NCBI RefSeq assembly: GCF_000019345.1
Contig: NC_010503.1
Span: 690,001 to 722,000 of the forward strand
DNA from: Ureaplasma parvum serovar 3 str. ATCC 27815
GTDB taxonomy: Bacteria > Bacillota_I > Bacilli_A > Mycoplasmatales > Mycoplasmoidaceae
Direction: 5' to 3'
Length of the DNA: 32,000 nucleotides
How positions within the stretch are numbered: the stretch's first letter is position 1; the number at the start of each line of letters is the position of its first letter. The position numbers were made by a program, and so were the translations under genes. Shown one piece after another: positions 13,795 to 24,800 of this stretch. A model generated the notes under the pieces. That model did not search any database, had not been told where the DNA came from, and worked only from the letters and a program-made list of their open reading frames with translations.

Positions 13795-14235
13795 TTAAGT
13801 AATTGATTGTGTGGTTTTAATAATATAAGCAATCATACAAGCTAATGCATAAATAAAACTAGGTAAAATGATAATTGTAATTAAAATATTTAAGCGAATT
13901 GTGGCATAATCAATAGATCGTAATTCATATTTAGCATTGATATAAAAACGATCAACTAATTTCATTTCTCACGAACTAAGTTTATACTCATTATATTTTC
14001 TTAATTTAACTGCTCAACGGCGACGATAAACTTGGCGCGAGAAGATAATATATAAGAAAACTACCATAAAGATACATGTATAAGCTATAAAAACATTCAT
14101 ACGGTATTGGTGATAATCTTTAATTAATTCAACAATTAAGTGACTAATAACCATCAATATTAATAATGCAATTAAAACAATAATGCTTTTATAATTTAAT
14201 AAACGATTCGGAAACGATTGTTTTTTTATACTCAT
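13795..14235 (-). CDS. Small (146 aa) four-TM hypothetical membrane protein in the opp operon
   Basis: Track ORF 14014-14235 continues through TGA codons to TAA at 13795-13797. Hydrophobic segments IIVLIALLILMVISHLIV, VFIAYTCIFMVVFLYIIF, LNILITIIILPSFIYAL and ALACMIAYII. Confidence 0.75.
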
Positions 14236-14269
14236 TATTATTTAATAATTACTCCTTTTCTTAATAACT

Positions 14270-15463
14270 TTAATGACAAAAACCATCAGCATGGCAATGA
14301 TGAATACTACCTGGTTTTTTAGGTTCAAGTGTTAAATCAAAATAACTATACATACTATAAATAACATACATTCCTTTAATTAGAGCATTATTGTTTTTTT
14401 GCCCCTGAATTAGAAGATTTTCATATAAATTATCTAAATACTCTTTATTTGTTTTTAAATTAAAAGGTGTAATTTTTTTACCATTCTTTTTAATGAATGT
14501 TGGTGCTAAAAATGCAATTGGTGAAAAGTAAAAATCATCTAATTTATTATTTCAAATATTGGTATAAACAAGATCACGTTCGGGTTTAATAGATGTTTGT
14601 GCAGGACGATCAACAATAAAAATTTGTTTTAAAACAAGATCATTTAAATTAAATAATTTAACATCGTTATCAATATTTAAATCATTAATTTTACTAATCA
14701 TATAACGGACTTTGTTTTGATTATCATCGGTTGGTATAGCTTGTTTAACTCAACGATATAAACTACCACCAGTTATTGTATATCCTTCATAATGTTCTTT
14801 GCTATCTGGATATTTAATAATCGAATGATAAATTTTGACATTTGAATAATTAATTTGCATGCTAATAGCTTCATTAAAATAATCAATTATTGCTTTTTTT
14901 GAACCAAATCAAAAACGTTTAATTTTCTTAGTAAAGTGATAATCATCATTTCTCACTTTTTTGTCAGGTGGAATTGGCTCATAAAATTGAGGTTTAGTTT
15001 GTATATTAATATCACCAATGTCATCAATAACTAAGCCTAATTTATAATTAATATCAAAAGTACCATTATTTGAATTTTTATCTGTATTGTAAATTAAACT
15101 AAAATCATTTAACTTAACATGATATTTTGCATTATATAAATTTAGTAAAGCAAAATTATAAGAATAATATAAATACAAGGAGCGTTTAATTGTTTGATCA
15201 AAATAATCTTTTAAACTCTCATAGAGGTTTAGAAAAATTTTAGTTTCTTTATTTTGAGATTGATTTAATATTTGTTTTTCATTTGCAAGATTAATATTAT
15301 TATTTGTGATTGATTGAAACTTGATTTGCGTATCTTGATTAATTGTTACTTTTTTAGATTTTTTTGTTGAACAACTAGTTAATAAAACTAAACTAATAAT
15401 AGTTGTTAATAATATACTAATAAAGATTATTAATCTTGCTTTGAGATTACTTTTTGTTTTCAT
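14270..15463 (-). CDS. Hypothetical lipoprotein (397 aa) with C-terminal His/Cys cluster HHCHADGFCH
   Basis: Track ORF 14909-15463 continues through TGA codons to TAA at 14270-14272. Lipobox in LLTTIISLVLLTSCSTKKSKK. C-terminus reads FDLTLEPKKPGSIHHCHADGFCH. Confidence 0.8.
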
Positions 15464-15525
15464 ATATACTTGCCCTAAAATCTTATGTTAAAGAGCCTAC
15501 ACTTCCTTTAATTTATTTTGATTTA

Positions 15526-15705
15526 TTAAAAATACATTTTGTTAATAATGCTTCAACGCTTATTAATTTTAATTGTATTAATATACATCTTATAAATAAT
15601 AGAAATGCAAATAATAATAAAACGAGAGCAAAAAATACGTTTGCCATAAAAAATGCGAATGGTATGATTAAAAAATTTATTTTGATTATTATTTAAATTA
15701 ATCAT
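15526..15705 (-). CDS. Possible 59-aa small hydrophobic ORF at the head of the opp operon
   Basis: Absent from the ORF track, probably below its length cutoff. ATG at 15703-15705 with AAAAGGAG upstream. Reads MINLNNNQNKFFNHTIRIFYGKRIFCSRFIIICISIIYKMYINTIKINKRWSIINKMYF*, one UGA-Trp. Confidence 0.4.
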
Positions 15706-15738
15706 CGTATTTTTTTCTCCTTTTGGTTATTGTGTTAT

Positions 15739-15744
15739 ATTATA
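15739..15744 (-). promoter_or_regulatory. Candidate -10 element (TATAAT) for the opp operon/leader
   Basis: Minus strand reads CCTTATAATATAAC about 35 nt upstream of the 15705 ATG. No convincing -35. Confidence 0.4.
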
Positions 15745-15853
15745 AGGTTTTTTTACTAAAATATATAATTAAATACCAAATATTACATTTTTTTTTACAA
15801 AAATAATCATTAATAAACTTATTTTTAACTAATTTATTTCAAAAAAAATAAAA

Positions 15854-15876
15854 AAAATGGTCACGACGACCATTTT
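15854..15876 (-). terminator. Intrinsic terminator of the YitT-like gene
   Basis: Perfect 9-bp stem AAAATGGTC/GACCATTTT with 5-nt loop, followed on the minus strand by a T-rich run. Confidence 0.8.
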
Positions 15877-15892
15877 ATTTCTCATTAAATTT

Positions 15893-17377
15893 TTAACTAA
15901 TAGTAGATTTCTTAACAACCATTTCTCCATCAATATCAATAATTGGATAGATCACTATTAAACAATTCTTATCAATATCGCGCACTAAATGAATTAAAGA
16001 TGGTAACTCAATATATGGAGAAATAATTTCTAATGAATAATTTGTTCTTAATGTTAATGAATCACTTAAACTATTTAAAGTAATTGAATTATTAAAATCA
16101 TTAGCACGTAAATTTTCAATGATAGCATTAACGTTTTTTGAATAAACTTGAATTTTCAAACTTTTATGTTTTGGAAAATAAATGTTAAAAACAATTCCTA
16201 AAACAATTGAAGCAAGAATTGATGCTACCATATTTGGTGAAAAGAAATATTGTGCATCTCAATAACGAGAGTTAATCATACCAGCAGGAATGAATGATCC
16301 TAAAACAATTCCAATAATCAATGTTGCAACATTAAAATAGGTTAATATTGAACCGGTAGGTTTTCCATATTTTTTAGAATATCAAAATGAGATAATATCT
16401 GTTCCACCTGACGAACCTCCAGCAATATAAACAATCGATAAGAAGATACCATCAAAAATTGGATAAATAACTGCATAAATTAGAATTGAAGGAATTTTAC
16501 TTGCTTGATCAGGATCTACTCAAGATAAAATTTGTACTTTATTAATAATAAGATCATGAAAAATATATAAGGGCTTAGCAAATTCATACAAAGATTGTCG
16601 ATAAGTCAAACTTTGGTTTAAATGAAATAAATCACCAATTGTCGCATTAGGATTTGCTTGTACATAATGCATAAATTCATCAGCAATTTTTGAATTAGTA
16701 ATATTAGAATAATTCAAGACACCAGTTTCAATATTTTTAACTATTTTTTCATCTAAAATACCATTAGTAAAAAACAAATTAATAGGTGGATAACTTAAAC
16801 GGTTGTCGCCAAAAATCATAATTTTTTCTACGTTTGGAATTTGACTTAAAGCAAAACCAAAAACTTGCACAGTAATAATATATGTCAATGTCATTAATGT
16901 AAAATGCTTGCCAATTTTTTTATAAGAAAAAATTAATAAAGGAATATTTACAAAAATTGCAAATAATCAAAACATAATATCGTATGCTAATTTGGCTTCT
17001 TTTGGTGAACTATGATTTGAAATCATAATTGATTGTAAAATTCGTGCGATCCCTTGTGATGTTCCCATAATGCCAGCTGAATAAATTCCAGTATTATGAA
17101 CTAATAATAAAACTAATAAACTCGCAAGAAGTGAAAAAATAACAATAATTAAGTAACGTAAGAAGATTTTTTTAGTTGAATAAAGAGCGGCAAACTTTAA
17201 AAGGCCTGCTTTATAACGAATTTTTTCAATTTGTACACTTTGTTGAATAGTTGCTTCGTTGCTTATTTGTTTTAATAAATTATTTTCTGTTCTTAATACT
17301 TCTTTAGTTTTATTTGTTCAATTAAAAATCTTTTTAATTTTGTTTTTATGATGCGTTTTTTCTTCGTTATTACTCAA
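15893..17377 (-). CDS. YitT family (DUF161/DUF2179-like) multi-TM membrane protein (about 494 aa), probable TTG start
   Basis: Track ORFs 15893-16231 and 16520-16894 are in one frame; open upstream to TAA at 17378-17380. Contains YIAGGSSGGTDIISFWYSKKYGKPTGSI and a C-terminal small domain. TTG at 17375-17377 is preceded by AAAAGGGG. Confidence 0.8.
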
Positions 17378-17460
17378 TTAAATCAACCCCTTTTAGTCTT
17401 TTTATAAAAAGAAAGAATTTTATATTCTACTCAAAATAATATTTTAAGGATAAACATAAA

Positions 17461-17495
17461 AAAAACAACAACTATTTATAGTAATTGTTGTTTTT
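17461..17495 (-). terminator. Intrinsic terminator of rpsP-trmD-rplS
   Basis: AAAAACAACAA ... TTGTTGTTTTT inverted repeat just downstream of rplS with flanking U-run on the minus strand. Confidence 0.8.
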
Positions 17496-17511
17496 ATTCA
17501 AATAAAACATT

Positions 17512-17883
17512 TTATTGTTTATTTAATTCTTTAATTCTTGCAGATTTGCCTGAACGATTACGCATGTATGAAATATAAGCACGTCTTACTTTACCATACT
17601 TGATAACTTCAATTTTTTCAACAAGTGGAGAATGAATATTGAATGATTGTTCAACACCTATACCACTTGATTCTTTACGAACAATAACTGTTTCACTTGA
17701 ACCAGAACCACGACGACGTAAAACAACGCCTTCAAACTTTTGAATTCGTGATTTTTTTCCTTCTACAATTCGATTATGAACGATAATTGTATCACCAGAA
17801 TCAAAATTAGGAATATCTGTTTTTAATTGTGTTGAATTAACAAAATTCATAATTTCGCCTTTGTTAATCTTAAATAAAGCCAT
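17512..17883 (-). CDS. rplS: 50S ribosomal protein L19
   Basis: Track ORF, 123 aa. L19-like core FDSGDTIIVHNRIVEGKKSRIQKFEGVVLRRRGSGSSETVIVRKESSGIGVEQSFNIHSPLVEKIEVIKYGKVRRAYISYMRNRSGK. Start may be the internal ATG at about 17850. Confidence 0.97.
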   Translation of the reverse strand: MALFKINKGEIMNFVNSTQLKTDIPNFDSGDTIIVHNRIVEGKKSRIQKFEGVVLRRRGSGSSETVIVRKESSGIGVEQSFNIHSPLVEKIEVIKYGKVRRAYISYMRNRSGKSARIKELNKQ

Positions 17884-17892
17884 TTTTTACAC

Positions 17893-18579
17893 CTACTTTT
17901 TGTTATTTAAATATTTTTGATATAAATCAGGACGATTCTTTTTAGTAATCGTCTCTTGTTGCTGTTTACGAAAATCAGCAATATTTTTATGATGACCAGA
18001 TAATAGTATATCCGGTACTTTATGCCCTTCAAAAACAAGAGGGCGTGTGTAAACAGGATAATCTAATAAGTAGTTATTAAATGATTCAGTTTCTAAACTA
18101 GAAGGAGAAATAACGCCATCTAACAAACGAATAACAGCATCAGAAATTACCATACTTGGTAATTCCCCCCCTGTTAAGACAAAATCACCGATACTATATT
18201 GGGCGTCAATGTAATAATTAATACGTTCATCAAAACCTTCATAATGACCAGCAATAATGATGATATGATCATATTTACTAACAAAATTGTTTGCTAATTC
18301 TTGATTAAAAACTTGACCTTTTGGTGTTGTTAAAATCACATATGAATTAGAAGAACGAATTGCACGAATGGCAGCAACAATTGGTTCAATCCTTAAAACC
18401 ATACCTGCTCCGCCACCATATTGGTAATCATCAACTTTTTTATGTTTATCATTTGTATATAAACGAAAATCGATAACTTCTATTATAACTTGGTTATTTT
18501 TAATAGCATTACTAATAATTGAATGCTTTATCCATGTTTCATATAATTCAGGAAATAAAGATAAAATCGATATTTTCAT
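17893..18579 (-). CDS. trmD: tRNA (guanine-N1)-methyltransferase TrmD
   Basis: Track ORF, 228 aa. Includes [38 protein letters not shown] and [17 protein letters not shown] motifs. Confidence 0.97.
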
Positions 18580-18591
18580 TAATGTTATAAA

Positions 18592-18888
18592 TTATTTAGC
18601 TTTACTTAAAGCAGCTTTACGTTTTTTATTTGCATCTTTTAAAGCAATAAATTCTTTTCAAATACCTTCTTGTGATAAGATATTTTTTACCGTTTCACTA
18701 GGTTGTGCTCCGTTTTGTAATTGAGCTAAAATAGCTTCTTTTTTTAAAACAACTTGTCCTAAAACAGGATCATAATGACCTAAATTTTCAATATATGCAC
18801 CATTAGCTTTGGTTTTAGCATCCATAACTACAATACGAAAAAATGGTTTTTTATGTGTTCCTACTCTTGTTAATCTAATCTTTACCAA
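18592..18888 (-). CDS. rpsP: 30S ribosomal protein S16 (probable TTG start)
   Basis: Track ORF 18658-18897 continues through TGA to TAA at 18592-18594. Family start MVKIRLTRVG corresponds to TTG at 18886-18888; the GTG at 18897 used by the track lies within the GAGGTG SD. Confidence 0.93.
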
Positions 18889-18941
18889 AATTTTCACCTC
18901 GTTTGTTTTATTATTAAAATAACTTTTAAATTATAAATAAA

Positions 18942-18985
18942 AAAAACCAAGCTGTCAAGTATTTTTACTTAACGCTTTGGTTTTT
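18942..18985 (-). terminator. Intrinsic terminator after the HAD hydrolase gene
   Basis: Stem AAAAACCAAGC/GCTTTGGTTTTT (one bulged base) with inner AAGTA/TACTT stem; overlaps the HAD stop codon. Confidence 0.65.
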
Positions 18986-19817
18986 ATTTTAGTAAGTAAT
19001 TATTAATAAATAATGCAACAGAATTAGAATTATTTTTATAATTAATAATCACATCAACATGTTCAATAATTGTTTTAGATTTAGTTCTAGCAGCCGCTGC
19101 TAAACCACTAATTTTAAACATTGGAATATCATTAGGCGAATCGCCAATCGTTGCAACCTTATCTAAATTAATCTGGTATAAATTAGCAATAAATCGTAAT
19201 GATGATGCCTTATTAATATTTTTATTAGTCACTTCAACAATGTATTTTGAGGTGAATGAAATATTTACTTGATCACTAAATTCTTTAATCAATTGATCTA
19301 TAACCTCGTGTTTTAATTTTTTAACAAAATTTGAAGGTAAAATATTAATTTTATAAAATTTATCATTTTTATTAAAAATTGGGTTTAAACAAACTTTTCT
19401 TTTTGTGTGATGAAGTTGTAATAAAAATTTATAGTTAATATTATAAACATCTAAAAAATGTGTTTGCATAAACCTTTGGTTATATGGTCAAAATCCTAAT
19501 CCATGTTTTAATGAAAATTTATAGATTTCATTCACTATATCTTTATTAATTGTTGATTCAAACAATACTTTTTCATTAATAACATCATAAATATATGAGC
19601 CATTAAAACATGAAATATATTGGATTAATTCCTTGATTTGATCATGAATTAAATGCACAATCTTTAAAGTATTTTCTAATGAACGTCCTGTACTTAGTAC
19701 AACCTTACCGCCTAAACTAATATATTTTTTTAATCCTTGTAAATTAGCTTTACTAATGTTTTTTGTTTTCGTTAATAAAGTACCATCTAGATCAATAACT
19801 AACATCTTATATTGCAT
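18984..19817 (-). CDS. Cof-type HAD-superfamily hydrolase (277 aa)
   Basis: Track ORFs 18984-19469 and 19488-19817 are in one frame. Motif I MLVIDLDGTLL, motif II STGRS, motif IV GDSPNDIPMF. Confidence 0.93.
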
Positions 19818-19847
19818 ATTTTATAATTTCCTTAAAGGCTCTAATTT

Positions 19848-21638
19848 TTATAAACCGTTTGAAATTAAATCATCAATATCAACTTCTTGTTCAATTTCTT
19901 CAACTTCAGCTTGTTTGATAAATTCAACATAATTATTGTCTTTTCTAAACTGTTCGACCAAATCATTATTAATAATTGTGACATTAATAATTGGATTTTT
20001 CTTACGTCATTTTCAAACAATTGATTTAACATTTCCACTAACTATTTCTTTTAGTTTTTTTTCATCAAATTCTTTTTTTGCCAACGCTTCTTCTAAACTT
20101 GATTTTGCTACATTAGAAATTTTATTAATTAAATTAGTTGATTCTTTGGCAAAAAAACATCCTCGTGTTGAAATACTTACAGCAGAGTTTAACTTAGCTT
20201 TTTTAAAATCAGCATTTAAAACTAGATTTAAAATACCATCACTGGATAAAACAACACGTTCACTTAATAATTTACTAATTTTAGAACTAATTTCATAACC
20301 ATTAATAAATTTAGGTTCAGCATCAACATAAATATTAGTATGACTTAAAACACCATCTAATAATTGTAATTTTTGGCCATTTGGTGCAATAATGACATGG
20401 TCTTTATCAAAACCTTGGTCAACAGCATTTTGTTTTAAAGCACGAAACATTTTATATTCCCCATGGATTGGAAATAAATATGATGGATTAATTGCTTTAA
20501 TCATTAATTGGTGTTCACTCCGTGTGGCATGACCAGAAGCATGAATCTTTTTGTTAGGTGAATTTTCATAAACTGTTAATCCGAGTTTATAAAGTTTATT
20601 AACCATTGCTTCGACTTGAGCATAGTTTCCTGGGATTGGATTTGATGATAAGATAATTGTATCTGATGGTTTTAAAGTAATTTTTGAGTGGTTATTATTA
20701 GCCATAACATTTAAAGCCGCCATTTTTTCACCTTGTGAACCAGTTAAAATTACAACAATTTCATGATCTTTATAAAATGGCAATTCTTTATGTGTGATAA
20801 ATGAAGATTCAGGAACATTTAAATAACCCAATTTTCGACTTGTTTTAATATTAGCTTCCATTGATTTACCAATGATACAGATTTTTTTATTTAAACCAAC
20901 AGCTATAGCAATAATTTCTTCAACACGACCTAAATTAGAAGCAAATGTTGAAATAAAAGTTCGTCCTTTAATATTTACCATATAATCACGAATGTTATCA
21001 ATAACATATCGTTCACTTTCACTAAATCCAGGAATTTCAGCACTTGTTGATTCGCACATTAATACTGAGATTCCACGATTAGAAATTTGTGAAATCTTAG
21101 CTAAATTAGTCTCATCACCAGCTGTAGCAAAATCAAATCTAAAATCACCAGTTGTTACAATGTATCCGTTTGGTGTTTTTACACAAATTCCAAATGAATC
21201 AGGAATTGAATGACAAACACGATAAAAATCAACTTCAAAATATTTTGTTTTATACATTGACTCATCTTCAAAGACAATAATACGCGGAGGTTTAATATCT
21301 TTATATTCACTTAAACGACGTTCAATTAATTTTGCTGCTAATGTTGGTGCATAGATAGTCTTAATTTTAACATGTCGCAAAATGTGAGGAATCCCCCCAA
21401 TATGGTCTTCATGACCATGAGTAACTACTAATGAATGAATTTTATGATTGTTTTTTATTAAATAATCAAAATTGGCAACAGTTCCATCAAATCCTGGTAA
21501 AGATGCATTAGCAAATTTAATGCCCGCATCAATTAAAATAATTTCATCTTCATGTTCAACAACATAAGTGTTTTTACCAATTTCTTCTAGCCCCCCTAAA
21601 GCATAAACATATGTAGGACTTTTTTTGGTATTTTCCAT
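19848..21638 (-). CDS. rnj: Ribonuclease J (596 aa)
   Basis: Track ORF 20013-21638 continues through TGA to TAA at 19848-19850. Metallo-beta-lactamase motif THGHEDHIGG, beta-CASP features HASGHAT and LFPIHGEYKM. Confidence 0.95.
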
Positions 21639-21821
21639 TTTAACTCCTTATAATTGGTTTTATTATTAAAAATTTATTTATATAAACATATAAACAATGT
21701 TGTAACATCATTTATACAAATCTTGATATATATTATTAATAATAATTATATTAGAAAAAGTTAAAAATATGAAAAATGATTATTATTTTAGTTGATATTG
21801 AAGTTATATTTAATAAATTAA

Positions 21822-21855
21822 AAAGTATTAAGAATTATACTACTCTTAATACTTT
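21822..21855 (-). terminator. Probable intrinsic terminator of the helicase gene
   Basis: Perfect 12-bp inverted repeat AAAGTATTAAGA/TCTTAATACTTT, loop ATTATACTAC, located 22 nt past the helicase stop, with TTTTT on the minus strand. Confidence 0.6.
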
Positions 21856-21877
21856 GTACAATTAGTGAATATTTTGA

Positions 21878-24800
21878 TTAAAAATTATTTTGTTGCCATA
21901 AAACATAATCAATTTTATTATTGTTATTATTTGATGATAACGAATCATTAATTCGTGACACAATTTTATGTTTATCAATATATCATTCATACTCTTTAAT
22001 TCTGTAAGTTGAATAACCTCGATCTTCTAAAAAATATTGTCGATCAATATCCTCAAACATAATCTGAACACTACGGTTTTCTTTTCAAGTTTCTAGTAGA
22101 ATTGTTTTTACAATTTCTTTAGTTTCTTTTTTAATAATTACTAAATCAATTTTTTTAGTACCAATGTTTCAATTTGGAAAGATTTGGTATTTATTTGATA
22201 ATTTTTTTGTTAGTTCGCTATAGATTTCTTTAACTAAATCATTATCAAATTCTAAATATGTTTGTTGTTCTAAACTTTCAAGTGAATCATTAATACTTAA
22301 TTGACCATTAATTCGATCAACATATTCAATAAAGCGTTTAAATGTCAGTGCATTTTGATTATTAAGATTTGAAACTTGAATTTGATGACCATAAAGTGAT
22401 TTTATAACAATCATTTTTTTACGTGCACGAGTGATCGCTACATTTAAACGATTCATTCCGCCCTTAGCATTAAGTGGTCCAAAATTATTACGTAAATTTC
22501 CTTCAGGATTTGGGCCATAAGCAATTGATAAAATAACTAAATCACCTTCGTTACCCTGAACATTTTCAAGATTAGTTATCACAATTTCATTATTTTCAAT
22601 TTTGTCACACAATCCCTTTTCAAATATATTCATTCGTTCAAAAAGTAGGTTTTCAACTAGACTAGCTTGTATAGCATTAAATGTTACAATTAAGATTTTT
22701 TCATATTTTTTTCAATTATCAATTAATGTTGCAATTGTTTGTTCTGCTTCTAATGGATTACCTTTTTCTCAAACTCCATTAACATTAATAACGTCAATTC
22801 CTTTTTCAAAAGCACCTTGGCGTGTGGCTACTTCTAGATTATTGTTATAAATGTATTTATTTGAAAACTCGATTAACTCTTTTGAATCAGAACGATAATG
22901 ATTTTTTAAATGATATTCATTTCATCATGAAGTTTTAGCACGTTCTAATAAAGAATCTACTTTATCAAAATCATCAATTTCAAAGTCACTATCAGCTAAC
23001 TTATTAATAAAGAATGATGTTGGCTTTAATTGTTTATCATCACCAGAGACAACTTTAGTTTTACAACGATACACAATAGGATATGATCGTTCAATTGTCA
23101 TTTGGGATGCTTCATCAAAAATTCCATAATCAAATTCATTCTCAACTAATGGAATTAAAGATGCAACATTATCTGGACGCGCAACCCAAATCGGAAATAA
23201 ACGTTTTAAAGCAGTGTAATATTTAGATAAATAACGTGAAATTGATGGTCAAGAACGTGATGAAGCAATTCGTAATGCGTTAGTAATTTCATCTTTTTCT
23301 TGTTGAGGTAGTTTTGTTAAATAATTTCTTAAATTATTAATATATTTTTTAAAAACAATTTCACCAACAATTTTAGCGGAGCGCATTGATTCACGTCTTA
23401 ATTGAATAATAATATCTTGCAATAAACGCCCTTTAGTTTCAGAAAACATTGGAATTATATGTGTAATTTCATCTCATAAAACAATCACTTTTAATTTCTT
23501 AAATTGATCGTGCGTGATTAATGTTGAAACATGTTTCATAATTTTACCAATCTTTTCAAGATCAAATAAAATTAATGGTTCTAAATACAGCGTTTTAATA
23601 TATGGTAAAGATAATCATGATCATTCACGAATAATATCTTGCATTGTTGGTGTATAAATTTCAGCAAGCGTATGTAATTTTGACAAAAAATCAACATCCT
23701 GGTTGATAAATTCACGATACGAAGCAATTTGGTCCATTTTTGGTTTAGATAAATATTCAATATTATTTAAAAAATCTATGAATAATTCAATTACTTCTTG
23801 ACTATCACGATTGCGTGTTTTAATTTCTTTTAAACTTAATGATGATTCATCGCTTGGGTCAGCGTTAGTAATAATTGTACCGTTACTAATAAATTCAGCA
23901 AAAATAATTTGTTTGTTTTCATCACTTGCATTATTATAAATTGATAAAAATGCTGAAATACGATCTTTGTTTTTAATTAGAAAACTAAATCATTCATTTT
24001 TGGCTAATAATTTTTTGTGTTTTGTAAAAAAATTATCACATAAATCAATAATTTCATTTAGTTCTTGTGTTGTTTTTGATTGCAAACTAAAATCTTTATC
24101 TATCACATCTTTACGGAACTTTAAATAATCACCAATTTTGTCTATAAAAATACGTTTATCACGAATTGATTTATTCATAAAAATAGTGTTCGATTCAAGA
24201 TTATGTTCAGCTAAAAAGTTGTAATAATTATCAATGTCTTTGGTGATTCTATTAGCATGCATCAAAAATTTTGTCACTAATTCATCATTGGTTTGAATTT
24301 TATTGGTAATCATTTTTAAATGTTTTAAAATTTCTATAGAACTATAATTATCTGTTAGCTTATATTTTTTAATAAAAGAAGTAAATCTTAGATAAGCTGT
24401 AAATAAATCTTCAATTTTTAACAAATTGTATTCATTAAAAATAGTGCTGATCTCTTCAAATAATGTTGTTCGTTTTTCATTTTCTTCATTAAATTGTTGG
24501 GGAGTTAATCATTCTTTAACAATTTGTTCTCCTAATTCATTTTTGGTAGCCACATAATCAGCATAGTCCATTTTATAAATGCCATCATTATAATCTTCTA
24601 TACTCCAGTGTTTTTTAACTAATTGTAGTAATTCAGAATTTCAATCCTCATAATTTTTAAAAAACATTGATTCCTCTGGAGTAAATTTAATTGGTTCTAT
24701 TTCTTTAATCTTTGTAGAACGAGATTGTTCACGATACCATTGTGTACCTAATAAATCATTTAAATTAGAAATTTTTTCAAAAAAAGTTTCTTTGTTTGTT

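Noticed and set aside
1-15463. Many apparently split genes suggesting massive pseudogenisation
   Set aside because: In the joins I read by hand the interruptions are TGA, with TCA on the plus strand at conserved Trp-like positions, so the genetic code is the mycoplasma table (UGA=Trp). They are not frameshifts or pseudogenes.
15454-15696. Plus-strand ORF (80 aa)
   Set aside because: Starts inside the lipoprotein gene antisense and runs over the leader region; low-complexity, no clear SD. Not excluded, but the minus-strand 15526-15705 ORF has better signals.
19936-20298. Plus-strand ORF (120 aa), longest antisense ORF
   Set aside because: Antisense to the RNase J C-terminal coding region, which continues through a TGA codon to 19848.
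20992-21213. Plus-strand ORF (73 aa)
   Set aside because: Antisense to RNase J.
22602-22850. Plus-strand ORF (82 aa)
   Set aside because: Antisense to the helicase gene.
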